64,000 nucleotides of DNA from Paraspadella gotoi (GCA_051294375.1 CM119267.1:7199205-7263204), one strand, 5' to 3'. Positions 27,714-40,403 are shown, numbered from the stretch's first letter. Notes: generated by a model not told the origin, from the letters alone. Made by a program: numbers and translations.

Positions 27714-29564
27714 AGAGAGAGAAGAGAGAGAGAGATGAGAAGAGAGAGGAGAGAGAGAGTGAGAGAGAGACAGAGACAGAGCAAGAGGAGAGGGAAAGGC
27801 AAAGAGAAAAAAGGTGAAGAATTCTCTCCGTCGCAATTCGTGAAAATCGTGTTTAAATCCTTCTACCTCTCGTGATCTTGCTTTCACAGTGATCGCCAAT
27901 TTCACCTTTCATTTTTTCTCCTCGCTTTTCTTCACTTTTGCCTCCACCCTCTGCCCTTTCGTGATCTCACCGAAATGTTCTCCTCAAAAAACTTATAAAA
28001 AACCAAACCACAGGTTAACAATACCTCACAGATCTTAGTGCAGTCCTTTAACCCCCATGGACTCTTAATCTCCCTCTAACTCAGAATCTACTTTCTCTCC
28101 ACCCCCCTTTAAATTCTAGTTTCAGACCCTCATCGAAATTTCATCCGCGATCGACCTCATTTCGTTTCTTCGACGAAGGCCGACAGGGAAAGTTAGTTCC
28201 CGACGACGACGAAAAATAAGGAAGACATCGACGAAAGCCAGACGCCGGCAGACGTCGAAAATAGGAAAACGACATTCGACGACAACGACAAGCTGTGGGA
28301 GAAAATAATTCCGCGAATTTTGACATGGTGCTATTAATGCCCTCTGGGACGGAATGTGATCTATGGAGATATTATTAAAATTCAAGAACAGAGAAAATTC
28401 AATATAAAGACGACGACGACGACGACGACTGACGACGACCACCCAAGGACTTTTTCTACTTCCATAAATGAGTCGGCATCGTCGCCAGAGCGGAGATAGC
28501 GAAGGAGAATGCGAAGGGAGACGCGAGGAGAAGCGATTTCGGTTCTGCGAATGCGGAAGAGAAAGAAGCGGAATGAAGCGATCCATCCGTCAATGAAGGA
28601 AAAGCGGCAAAAATAATTGGGAAGAAGTCGCCGGCCAAATTTGTCTTCGGCAAATTTGCGGAGATTCCGGAGAATCTCATCGGGAATCTCCTCCAGAGGA
28701 TCTCGACGACAGACTCCGACCAAACTCACCAAAAACTGATCCCAACTTCATCTCTCGGAGGCGAACGACTCCAGCGTCAGAGAACATTCTTCTACGGGCG
28801 CTACAACAGCGACGCCGACGAGCCGCCACTTCGAACTCAACTCGACGCCCACTAATCTCTGCGGCGTCGAGTTTATTTTCGGGCGCCCGTCGGATTAGAG
28901 ATGCGCGGTGACGTTCATTCCTGGCGCCGGCGCCGAGAAACCGAACCGCCCAACCGTGCCCTGGAAATTCGATCGCAGCGCCCTTCCGTTTTCGAAGAGC
29001 GTCTCCGACCGTCACTCACGTTTGTTGGCCACGAACTCCGTCATTGGGTCTCGAACCCGTCATTGGGTCTCGGAGCCCCGTCCATTGGGACTTCGACCGC
29101 TTCCGGAATCTCGGCCTGTGCCATCACCAATCGCCCAAAACGTGCCGCTCTCTGAACGCCGCCGCGTTTCGCTCCGCCTCAATTCGCCTGCTTTTCCCTC
29201 CGCTCTCATTCTCCCGCCGCCTCGAAGCGCTTCCTTCTCATCACCCGCTACACCGCTGCGACAAGCAGTCCGCCGCCAGCCACTAGCCACCGCCCAGCCG
29301 CCCGTTTCCCGCCTTCCGTCGTCTCCCCCTTTCCTTCCTACGTCGAGCTAAATCGAGTTTCGCCGAAGGTTGGAATTTTTTTTCGCGGAATATTTCGAAT
29401 GGAATATTTGACTCTGAGGAAGGAAAGACGACGTCGTCGTCGTCGTCGTCGGTCGGTCGTGAGAAACGAGAAATTGATTGTCTTAAGGAGAAGGAGGAGG
29501 AGGTAAAAGGAGGAGGAGGAGGAGGAGGAGGAGGGAGGAGGAGGACAGGAGAGCCGGAAATGAA
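21238..29564 (+). repeat. ~8.3 kb unit, copy 1 (indel-rich)
   Basis: Colinear with 29961-38288 from atcaataataatcaaa to gagccggaaatgaa; ends at a 25-N gap. Confidence 0.95.
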
Positions 29565-30235
29565 NNNNNNNNNNNNNNNNNNNNNNNNNCTCTCTTCTCT
29601 CTCCCTCTCTCCCTCTCTCCCTCTCCCTCTCTCCCACTCTATTTTCATCCCGCTCTCTCGCTCTCCGTCCAATCCTTTTTATGATCTCAGCTTTATCCTT
29701 CTCAATCTCCTTGTTTTTTCTTCATGCGTCCCTCCTCTTCTCTTTATTGTTCTATTAATATTAATATTCACACACTTTTGTGCACATGCATGCAAGACAT
29801 TTATAAATTACGTATTTCTTATCACGTGATTGAACAATTAACATGAATCATTAGGTAAATAACTAAATAAATTAAATCTTTTCTCTACACTTCGCGTTTT
29901 TACTTTTCACTCTCCTCTCTTCCCTGATTTTTTCTCTTCCCTCTTTCCTTNNNNNNNNNNATTTAATCAATAATAATCAAACGATAATCAACATCTAATT
30001 TCCGGAAGCGTTAACGACGTCGATCAAAAACGAATCTTTCCACCGCCNNNNNNNNNNNNNNNNNNNNNNNNNNNNNNNNNNNNNNNNNNNNNNNNNNNNN
30101 NNNNNNNNNNNNNNNNNNNNNNNNNNNNNNNNNNNNNNNNNNNNNNNNNNNNNNNNNNNNNNNNNNNNNNNNNNNNNNNNNNNNNNNNNNNNNNNNNNNN
30201 NNNNNNNNNNNNNNNNNNNNNNNNNNNNNNNNNNN

Positions 30236-30395
30236 TGGCATTTGCAGATGGCACTCAGTGATGGAATTTGCAGATGGCATTCACTGATGGCATTGGTCGA
30301 TAGAAATCGCAGGTGGCATTCTCCGATCGCAATAACTAATGATGGCATCTGCTGATGGCATTCCCCGAGGGCATTCTCTAATTGCATCCGCTAAT
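30236..30395 (+). repeat. 13-bp TGGCAT-based minisatellite
   Basis: tggcatttgcaga tggcactcagtga tggaatttgcaga tggcattcactga tggcattggtcga...; also at ~21590-21770 and inverted at ~20310-20450. Confidence 0.8.
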
Positions 30396-30565
30396 GGAAT
30401 CGACTAATGGCGATATCAATGAAACGACGTTCCCCGCGGGCGTCTAAATTTTCGGCGCTCATGGGCGCGGTCGTCGATGAAAAAGCGGCGTCGCGTGTCT
30501 CTTTGCGGAAGCGAGGTCGTCAAACCAGTTCCGGAAACGCCCCCTAATTTGCCCCAAGCCCATAG

Positions 30566-30642
30566 ACGTGGCGCTGGGCCATCGGTGGCGCTGTCTATCG
30601 CTTCAACGCCATCGTTGCGCATATTTCATTGTTCCTGTCGTC
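30566..30642 (+). CDS. Candidate exon E1 of hidden gene (hydrophobic, frame unresolved)
   Basis: ctaat branch-like motif plus cccatag acceptor, and TC|gtatgt donor. The three copies disagree by indels, so the frame cannot be fixed. Confidence 0.35.
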
Positions 30643-30651
30643 GTATGTTTG

Positions 30652-31237
30652 ATTATTGATTACACCGTTGATTGCACCGATGATTACACTTTTGATTGCG
30701 TCGTTGATTTCACTTTTGATTGCATCGTTGATTTNNNNNNNNNNNNNNNNNNNNNNNNNNNNNNNNNNNNNNNNNNNNNNNNNNNNNNNNNNNNNNNNNN
30801 NNNNNNNNNNNNNNNNNNNNNNNNNNNNNNNNNNNNNNNNNNNNNNNNNNNNNNNNNNNNNNNNNNNNNNNNNNNNNNNNNNNNNNNNNNNNNNNNNNNN
30901 NNNNNNNNNNNNNNNNNNNNNNNNNNNNNNNNNNNNNNNNNNNNNNNNNNNNNNNNNNNNNNNNNNNNNNNNNNNNNNNNNNTGATTACACTTTTTATTG
31001 CGTCGTTGATTTCACTTTTGATCGCACTAATGGTTACACTTTTGGTTGCATCATTGATTTCAATTTTGATTACACCAATGATTTCACTTTTTATTGCGTC
31101 GTTGATTTCACTTTTGATTGCACCGATGATTACACTTTTAATTGCATCGTTTATATTACTTTTGATTGCACCGATGATTACACTTTTGATTGCCTCGTTG
31201 ATTTCACTTTTGATTACATCTTTGATTGCGCCGTTGA
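30652..31237 (+). repeat. 24-bp minisatellite with two alternating variants (48-bp higher-order unit)
   Basis: gattacacttttgattgcaccgat alternates with gatttcacttttgattgcgtcgtt; also at ~22030-22420 and inverted at ~19645-20040. Confidence 0.9.
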
Positions 31238-31483
31238 TGTTTTAATCTCCGCTCGATTCGGAGAATCTCGGATTTAACGGGAACGAAAGAGGAGATTCTA
31301 TTTTTAATCGTCGTTGCGCAGTCAGTGAATCAATCAGTCGGTGATTCTCAATCACCGACGGCGAATTCACTCATTTCCTCTTTCGACGTCGTGAAAAATC
31401 GTGAACGAGAAAAAAAAAATATTCTTCGGTGAGAAACTTTTGACGTCGGACGATGATTAAGGATTGATTCGGCGCGAGGGGAA

Positions 31484-31670
31484 ATGTGAAAAAAAGGGTT
31501 CGATGTGAAAAAAAGGTTTCGATGTGAAAAAAAGGGTTCAATGTGAAAAAAAGTGTTCAATGTGAAAAAAGTGTTTGATGTAAAAAAAAGAGTTTGATGT
31601 GAAAAAAAGGTTTCGATGTGAAAAAAGGGTTAGATGTGAAAAAAAGGGTTCGATGTAAAAAAAGGATTTT
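31484..31670 (+). repeat. ~19-bp minisatellite (ATGTGAAAAAAAGGGTTCG) x~10
   Basis: Directly visible tandem units; also at ~22690-22900 and inverted at ~19165-19365. Confidence 0.9.
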
Positions 31671-32639
31671 TTGGTACAACAGGAGTTCCGATGTTATAGG
31701 GGCTTGTGTGATACTAAGGGCGGATTAAATTGAAAAGGAAGATTCCCGTTAAAAGTAGAATTAGTTATCCAATAGAAATATTAAAAAGAATATTATACTA
31801 CTTAATTCATAATGAAGCCAACTCCTAGAGTTGTGTATTTAAACTTTGAATTTATTCAAAACTACGTTGATGCCGACAAACGAGTCAATAATAACATTTT
31901 TTATTCAAGTTTTGTTTTAGACCATCCCTGTTCGACCCTCATAATCTTTTTCGAATAATCTCTCCCTCATTGTCCCTTTCCATATACTGCTCTTTCTTAT
32001 CGCCCACACAACCACCCCCTTGCCCCTTGCCCCCTTGCCCCCTGCCCTACCCCTTGCCCCTGAGACTTCCCCCTCTTCCCCTTATTCATTCCCCACAGTT
32101 GCGAGAAATTCGCAATCCATGTTAAGGGAAATTTTTAAAAATCAAAAAGTCAAAAAATAAAAGAAATAAACTAAAAAATAATAAAGTAAACTAAAATTAC
32201 AAAAAGTCCCCCCCCAAAAAAAATATTTCTATAGAAGCGTTGAAAAAGTTTCCTCTGCTTTTGCCGAATCAGTGTCTTTCTTGTCGTGGGGACTTAAAAC
32301 CCTGAAAACGGTCTCAAGTCTCGTACCGTGTCCCACTTTAGACCTACGTAAATTCTTTCAATTCTCCGTTCTATTTTTATCAATGTGACGTCGAAAAATC
32401 CCAGATGTTAAAACTGCTGACACCATTCAGCATTTTGCGATAGAGTGGAGCTCTCGGGAACAAACATTTTATTTGAGATATGTCAAAACGATGATTATAT
32501 GTGTAGTTGTATAATTAAAATTAATTATTAAGATCAAGAATTATTTTACTTATATTTTGAGTGTATCAGTATCAGTATCAGTATCAGAAATTACAATATA
32601 TTCGGAATTATATCCTTATAAATTTGTTAATTTTCAAAG

Positions 32640-32698
32640 GTGCAATTATTGGCAAGTCCCAGTGGTCTCACCAAACCTCACCCCTGCTAAACCACCGG
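32640..32698 (+). CDS. Candidate exon E2 (59 nt): CNYWQVPVVSPNLTPAKPP
   Basis: ttttcaaag acceptor and CGG|gtgagt donor; GC-rich island in AT-rich surroundings; present in all three copies. Confidence 0.5.
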
Positions 32699-32923
32699 GT
32701 GAGTCCGCACCGAGCCTCCCAAGTAAGAGTCTCAAAACACAAAACCCCAGGGTCTTCGAACCCCGTGTCCTACCATCCCCGGGTCCTGAGCCCTCGGCAT
32801 CTCCGCCTTTCTTTTTTTTTTTTTCAAACCGAATTTCATCGCGAAAAGAAAAACCATCAAATTTTTTTTCCTTTTCCTATAGAGTAGAAGGGGTTATAAT
32901 CCGACCCGCATAAATAAATGATC

Positions 32924-32976
<53 letters not shown>

Positions 32977-33893
32977 TGATTCAAGTTTCCATCGCGCTAC
33001 TCGTCTATGGTGATGAATGACAAAGTTTTCTCGACGAAGCATATAACTTTCACGACGAATACCGTGGCTTTTTCTTTATCCGTTTTTATTTTCTGCAGTA
33101 ACATCCAAATCTCTAAAATTACCTAAATCTTCTCATTCACTACCAAAAAAAAAATATTTAGCGCTTTTGTCCAATTACCAGCCATATATTTTGCAATTTT
33201 TCGAACGACATCGGTTCGTGAAATCACGACTCCATTCCAATCAAAAACTTTCGCTGTCACCAATCATTTGCTCACATGATTTGGTTCAAATATTCGTTCC
33301 CCAATTATCAAAGAAACCACCTTAATTTTTTTTAATTTATATTATTATATTTTATTTTATTTCATTTTTTTATTTTTTTTTCAATCATCGTTAAAAATTT
33401 TTCATTCCATTTAGTTAACTCCTTCGCTGCTTTTTTTACTTGAAATCTTAAAAAGCTTTTTTATCCTCCTTTCTTTTGGAGTCTTTTCTACTATTTTCCC
33501 TTATCCCTTTTAGTATTTTCCATTATTACTCTTTTTTTCCTATCCCCTTTTCCTCTTCTTTTCCTCTCTTCCTTTCCTTCTTTACCCAAAAAAAAGTCCT
33601 TCTGCTCCAAATTGAATCTTAGGCCAGAAACTCTTTTGAAGAAAATGGATGAATCTTCCTCGACTTCGATGAGCGAAAGAAAAGAAAGAAAAAAAGAAGA
33701 AAAAAATCGGAAAAAATTTTATATGTACGAAAAAAAACTCGAAAATAGAAAAAGAAAAGATTTGCCACAATTATACCGGGGTTTTTTTTCTAGATTCTAA
33801 ATTTGTTAAGTTTTGTGGCTGCATCTGCGAAGTTGTTGCAATTCATTAAATCGTTTTCGATTGTTTTGGTCAATGACCCTTCCTCTTAAGCAG

Positions 33894-33938
33894 AACCGGA
33901 TATACCGGCATGGACTGAGTGCACAGCCAATTGTCTAA
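33894..33938 (+). CDS. Candidate exon E3 (45 nt): (E)PDIPAWTECTANCL
   Basis: cccttcctcttAAGCAG tandem acceptor; donor is either GC-type A|gcgagt (33939) or GA|gttcgt (33943); phase-compatible with E2. Confidence 0.4.
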   Translation, partial: NRIYRHGLSAQPIV

Positions 33939-34283
33939 GCGAGTTCGTTTCCATTCCAAATGTTTCGCAAAAGTTTATTTCCAACATTTTATCGATCACA
34001 GATTGTGAAAGAAACTCTCTCCAATCCGTATTCCTCTACATTGTAAACACCATGACATTGTCATGTCCATGTCTCTCTCTTCCATTCAACGAAACAGCCT
34101 CCCAACATCCTTGCAAATCTCGCTAATCGAATTAATGATTCCAGCAACGTTGTAGGTATTTCGATAAAATCTTAGTATTCATGACTGCAAGTTTTTTGAT
34201 GTGGAAGAAAAATTGAAATTTATTATTCTCGAAGCGAAAGGCGAAAAGAGAAATATTTCTCGGAACGTGCTTGTCGACTTTGC

Positions 34284-34405
<122 letters not shown>

Positions 34406-34659
34406 CTCTCTCGCTCTCTCTCTCTTTTTTTTTCTCGTAACGACGTCCGAGTAAGAAATCTAAGTCTGATTAATTTAATTCAATCTTATTTTTTTATTTT
34501 TAATAATTTTCTTTCGTAATAATTTCCTACGCCTGAGTTACGAGAGACAAATTGAAAATGGATTTTTTAAATTATTCGAATTAAAAGAAAAATAAAATAA
34601 ATCTTGGAAATTACAGAGAAAAAAGCGGGATCTTCAAACAGCATCTACGTTTTGCAATT

Positions 34660-34709
<50 letters not shown>

Positions 34710-36316
34710 TTCCGTCTTTGGAAGCCAATTTCTTTAATGTCCCAGAATCGAGATGCCATCCCGATTCCGACTTTAGTTCCCACTCAATTTTTTTTTAAAT
34801 AGGCAAAAAAAGCCGTTAAAACAAAAGGGAAAATTATTGTAAAGATAGAATGAATGAGAAAAGATGGCATTGAAGGTTTGCCATTAACGGAAGTTAATAG
34901 AAATTGATGGCAAACGAAGCAAAAAATAAAATAAATATATCGTAATTTGATTAATTCGAGTCAAGCATTAACTTTTAATGACTAAATTAACGATTAGTGG
35001 CGAAAAATTAAAAATAACGATGTTAGGGGCAAATTAAAAATAACGCATATTGCATAATCTGAACATTCATACTTCTCGATCACAACATAACGCAAGGTGG
35101 AATTTATGGCAAATAATGGCGGCTTTCGACAAAGTTTTGCCTCGATTCCAAACGAGAAAAATATGACGCGATAAAATGGAGAAAAAAATGAGGGTAGTTT
35201 GCAAAATTTAATGGAAATAAACGAGAGTTTTACTCTTTTGGGTTTATTCACTTTCTATGCATCGTCGCATCGCTAAAAGAGAATCTTTTTGAGTCGAGAC
35301 GAATAAAAGGGGGAAAAAGAAAAAAAAAGAAAAAAATAAGAGTGAGGTCATATTGTGTAGGAAGAACAAGATACGATTTAATAATAGAGGTGCAAAAGTC
35401 AAAAGTTTAAAAAGTCATTAAAAAGTTCTAATATTTGTGGTAGCATTTTGAAGCCAGAGTTGAAAATCGTGTATATATATTATATATACTCTATCATCTA
35501 ATAAGACAACGTTGTATAGATTCTCATTTAGCATGAATCTCACGTTTATGTATTTGTCATTTTTATTCGAAAGAAGAGCGACTTTTCACTTTCTTTTCTT
35601 TTTCTTTTATTTTTCCTTTTCTTTTTTCTTTGCTTTTTTTTTTCTTAATTTCTCTTCCTCTTCTGTTTTCTTCTCCTTTTCAAGAAACGATAATGAATTT
35701 AATGTTTGAGGATCCCAAAAACAAACAATAAAAATAATGAAGGAAAGGAGAAATTGAACCAAAAAAAAACAAAGAAAAGAAAAATGATACAAGATGGCCG
35801 ACATTTTGTTTTCGTTTTCAAAATCGACTCACCAGAGGGAGAGAGCACGAATTAATTTTACCATCAGTTTTCTTTTTTAAAAACAAACAAACAAAACTCA
35901 ACTTCGTAGATTGACCTCCAACGGGAAATTCCTTTTTCCTTTATAAAAAAAAAACCAAAAAAAAACTAAGCGACTCAAGACAAAATAAAAGAAAATCTTA
36001 AAATTAAAAAGAAAAAAAAAAAGAGGAAACGAGGAAACCAGAAAAACTCCTCTAACGATCTTCGCCATCTTGCGGAGAGTTTTTTTTTTCTTCTTTCGCT
36101 CGAGATTCTGACGTTAATGCCTTAAAACCAGACATCGCTGTTGTCTTTAACACTTCTTTTTAATGTTGGTCTTTTTTTTTTTTACGGTTGCACATTTTAG
36201 TTGATATATTTCGTTGGATTGACTCTTGCCTATATCAAATGCTGTCGCATATTTTATTCTCTTTTTTTTTGGCGACGCGTTAACTTTACCTCCTTGGGTT
36301 CCTGTTTCTACCCCAG

Positions 36317-36435
36317 CTTCCGAATCAGTCACTGATTTTTCTTCTCTCTTTTCCGTCGGAAAATCGCGACTCCCGGGGGAATAGTTTCCCAGACCTAGAA
36401 ATCGCGACCACCTGCTCCAGAAAAGATATGAAAAA
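36317..36435 (+). CDS. Candidate exon E4: SESVTDFSSLFSVGKSR...LLQKRYEK (internal indels differ between copies)
   Basis: tttctaccccag acceptor and AAA|gttagg donor; phase-1 entry matches the GC donor of E3. Confidence 0.35.
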
Positions 36436-36463
36436 GTTAGGGGAAGGAAAGAGAAGGAGGGAG

Positions 36464-36464
<1 letters not shown>

Positions 36465-36514
<50 letters not shown>

Positions 36515-36515
36515 A
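36465..36515. repeat. (GAAA)n microsatellite
   Basis: Directly visible; counterpart at ~27545-27615. Confidence 0.9.
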
Positions 36516-36524
36516 AAAGGATAG

Positions 36525-36604
<80 letters not shown>

Positions 36605-36948
36605 GAGAGAGACAGAGAGGCAGACAGAGAGAGGGAAAGCAAGAGAAAAAAGGTGAAGAATTCTCTCCGTCGATTCGTGAAATCGTGTTTAACCTTCTCA
36701 CCTCGTGATCTGCTTTCCAGTGATCGCCAATTTCACCTTTCACTTTTTTCTCCTCCGCTTTTCTTTCACTTTTCCCTCCACCCTCTGCCCTTTTCGTGAT
36801 CTCCCGAATGTTCTCCTCAAAAAACTTATAAAAACAAAACCCCGGTTAACAATCCTCCAGATCTTAGTGCAGTCTTTAACCCCCACTGGACTCTTAATCT
36901 CCTCTAACTCAGATCTACTTTCTCTCCACCCCCTCTTTCAAATTCTAG

Positions 36949-39171
36949 TTCGACCTTCATCGAAATATTCATCCGCGATCGACTCATTCGTCTTCGCGGA
37001 AGCGACGAGGGAAAGTAGTTCCCGACGACGACGAAAATAAGGAAGACATCGACGAAAGCCAAGACGCCGGCGACGTCGAAAATAGGAACGACATCGACGA
37101 CAACGACAACTGTGAAATATAATTTCCGCGGATTTTGACATGGTGCTATTAATTGCCCTCTGGGACGGAATGTGATCTATGGAGATATTATTAAAATTCA
37201 AGAACAAGAGAAAATTCAATTAAAGACGACGACGACGACGACGACGACGACGACCACCAAGGACTTTTCACTTCCATAATGAGTCGGCATCCGTCGCCGA
37301 GCGGAGAAGCGAAGGGAGAAGCGAAGGGAGACGCGAGGAGAAGCGGATTTCGGTCTGCGAAATGCGGAAGAGAGAAGCGGATGAAGCGATCCATCCGCAT
37401 GAAGGAAAAGCGGCAAAATATTGGGAAGAAGTCGCCGCCAAATTGTCTTCGGCAAATTTGCGGAGATTCCGGAGAATCTCATCGGGAAATCCTCCAAGGA
37501 TCTCGACGACAGACTCCGACCAACTCACCCAAACTGATCCCAACTTCATCTCTCGGAGGCGACGACTCCGCGTCAGAGAACATTCTCTACGGCGCTACAA
37601 CAGCGACGCCGACGGCGCCGCCACTTCGAACTCAATCTCGACGCCCACTAATCTCGCGGCGTCGAGTTTATTTTCGGCGCCGTCGGATTAGAGATGCCGG
37701 GACGTCATTCCGGCGCCGGCGCCGAGAACCGAACGCCACCTGCCTGAAATTCGATCGCAGCGCCCTTCGTTTCGAAGAGCGTCTCCGCCGTCACCCGTTT
37801 GGCCACGAACTCCGTCATTGGGTCTCGGAACCCCGTCATTGGGTCTCGGAGCCCCGTCATTGGGACTCCGAACCGCTTCCGGACTCTCGCCTGTGCCATC
37901 CCATCGCCAAAACGTGCCGCTCTCTGAACGCCGCCGCTTCGCTCCGCCTCAATTCCGCCTCTTTTCCCTCCGCTCTCATTCCCCGCCGCCTCGAGCCCGC
38001 TTCCTTCTCTCCCCGCTCCCGCTGCGACAGCGCCGCCGCAGCCACAGCCACCGCCCCCGCCGCCCGTTTCCGCCTTCCGTCGTCTCCCCCTTTCCCTTCC
38101 TACGTCGAGCTAAATTCGAGTTTCGCCGAAGGATGGAATTTTTCGCGGAATTTTCGATGGAATTTTGACTCTGAGGAGGAAAGACGTCGTCGTCGTCGTC
38201 GTCGTGAGAAACGAGAAATTGATTGTCTTAAGGAGAAGGAGGAGGAGGAGGAGGAGGAGGAGGAGGAGGAGGAGGAGCCGGAAATGAAACGTCGGCCGAA
38301 AAAAGTCGCCGGAATCGATGAGTCGTTCGACCGCGAAATCGAACGTCAAAAACGACGACGACGACGACGAAGAAAAATCGAGGAAAAAAATGGAAAGAAA
38401 AACAAAATGGCGGAAGACGAACCTCATGGGCGAGTTGAGGGATTGTGCGCCCGATTGCCCGACAATCCGAGTCCTCAGCCCGACGACGTCTCTCCCTCCG
38501 CCCGTCATACATTCGCCGCGCCCTCTGCCCGATCTCCTTCGACTCTCTCCGAGGCACTCACCTTCTCCTTTCACAAACCCCGTGATTCGCGGAACTTTTC
38601 TCAACCTTCACTAATGGATTCTTCGACGGGCGTTCACGATTCTTCGTCTCACTCTCCTTCACGTTCGTCAGACTCGGTGCTCTCTCCCACTTCCCTTCCT
38701 CCCTCCACCTCTCCCAACCTCCTCCGCCTCTCCTCCATCCTCTCCCAACCTCCTCCGCCCTCTTCCTCCACCCTCTTCCAACCTCCTCCGCCCTCTTCCT
38801 CCATCCTCTCCCAACCTCCTCCACCTCTTCTCCACCTCTCCAACCTCCTCGCCCCTCCTCCACCCTCTCCCAACCTCCTCCGCCCTCTTCCTCCACCCTC
38901 TCCCCACCTCCTCCACCCTCTTCCTCCATCCTCTCCCAACCTCCTCCACCCTCTTCCCTCCACCCTCTCCCACCATCCTCCGCCCTCTTCCCACCCTCTC
39001 CACCATCCTCCGCCCTCTTCCTCCACCCTCTCCTCACCTCCTCCGCCTTCTTCCTCCATCTTCCCGCCATCCCACACCCTCCTTCCTTCCTCCACCCTCT
39101 CCCACCATCCTCCGCCCTCTTCCTCTCTCCGACGACGAATTCGCCGCGAAACGAAGATGACGAATTTAAAT

Positions 39172-39205
<34 letters not shown>

Positions 39206-39258
39206 CTCTCTCGAACGAGGCGCAGGGGAAAAGGGAGAGCAGAGGTAGGATAGAATGA
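36949..39258 (+). CDS. Candidate large terminal exon E5 encoding a low-complexity, probably disordered region (contains ORF 37279-39258; true frame probably switches at indels)
   Basis: ctctaac branch motif, pyrimidine tract and ttctag acceptor ending at 36948; ~2.3 kb GC-rich block. Protein-like runs fall in different frames: FDLHRNIHPRS...DDDENKEDIDE; KAAKYWEEVAAKLSSANLRRFRRISS; EMKRRPKKVAGIDESFDREIE...SQPSLMDSS. Confidence 0.45.
37812..37875 (+). repeat. 21-bp tandem repeat x3 (ccgtcattgggtctcggarcc), frame-preserving
   Basis: ccgtcattgggtctcggaacc ccgtcattgggtctcggagcc ccgtcattgggactccgaacc. Confidence 0.85.
38700..39125 (+). repeat. C/T-rich ~33-bp minisatellite (would encode PPPPSSSTLxQ-type units)
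   Basis: cctcctccgccctcttcctccaccctcttccaa repeated with variants. Confidence 0.8.
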
Positions 39259-39360
39259 ATGAATGAATGAATGAATGAATGAATGAATGAATGAATGAAT
39301 GAATGAATGAATGAATGAATACTTGAGTGAATGCATGAGAGAATACATAAATGAATGAAA
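39253..39360. repeat. (GAAT)n microsatellite
   Basis: Directly visible; a further tract at ~50280-50527. Confidence 0.95.
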
Positions 39361-39878
39361 AAAATGCTTAAAAAAAAAAAGAAAATTCCTTAAATGCATA
39401 CTAAAAAAAGTGAGTATGGCGTGAGAAAGTGCTGGGAGCCGTCAAGATAAGATGAGTGAAGTGATCCGTTGAAATTGAAACTGTCATCTCTCTTCTGCGA
39501 TAAGTTCAACGAAAAAATGTTCGGTCGGTTAGAGAAAAATGAACAAAAAATTATAGAAAATTCATTTGAAAAAAAAACAAACTTTAGTTTGTATGTGAAA
39601 ATGTATGAATTGAGAAGAAAAAAAAACATTTAAAACGGGTCATATTTAGATAGATAAAAATTGATTTGTGCAAATTTAAATTGAAATAAATTTTCATTTA
39701 TCGATTTGTTCATCGTTTGGTTCGATTAAGTTGTATTGTATTGTATTGTATTGTATTGTATTATATTGTTCCGTAAAATGTTCAGTTCATTCTTATTTCT
39801 CGTCGAACTTCATTCAAGGTCGAAGGAACTTAGGAGCTCAACGAGAAAAAAGTTGAAAACGACAGAAATTTATTAGGG

Positions 39879-39911
<33 letters not shown>

Positions 39912-40403
39912 TTCGTGCTCTCTCGTGCTGCATCTCTGCATGCTCTCTCTCTCTCTCTCTCTCTCTCGCTCTCTCTCTTTCAGCGGCTAGCTCTATGAAG
40001 CCCCCGCGGGTCATGACGGGGGAGGGTTAGGGGAAGAAACTCGGGGTTTGATCCTTTCCATGATTCATATGGACCCCCAATTCTACTTCACCTAGACTCC
40101 CCTCTCTCAATCCCAATAACTGTTCTCTTTACCCCTCTCCTCCGTCACTCCCTCTTTGCTACCCCGATCTGCGCTGTCCGGGGTGGGGGGTCATTCGGAA
40201 AAAGGGCACCATAAAGAAGTAATAGAAGTAATTTCTCTCGGGGGAAACCTCAAATTTAGGCGACCGATTGCCACCGAGTATTTCTTCTTTTTTTTTCCAG
40301 TGAGAAACAAAAAAAAATACAGTCAGAAAAAACATATACATTTTTTTTTACTTAGTTTTATGATTAAATCCAGAGGGCGCCTTTCGATCTATTTTTTTTT
40401 CTC

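Noticed and set aside
30568-31245. 225-aa hydrophobic repeat ORF as a membrane or repeat protein
   Set aside because: It spans a 248-N gap, is the translation of the 24-bp minisatellite, and runs through a consensus splice donor.
30652-31670. 24-bp and 19-bp arrays as CRISPR-like repeats
   Set aside because: Units are head-to-tail without unique spacers, there are no cas-like ORFs, and the context is eukaryotic.
33909-33936. WTECTANC as a thrombospondin type-1 repeat
   Set aside because: Lacks the preceding WxxW, the following G and the RxRxC motif; too short to call.
37410-37450. YWEEVAAKL as a MADF/Myb-SANT helix
   Set aside because: The flanking helices and conserved aromatic spacing of MADF/SANT domains are absent.
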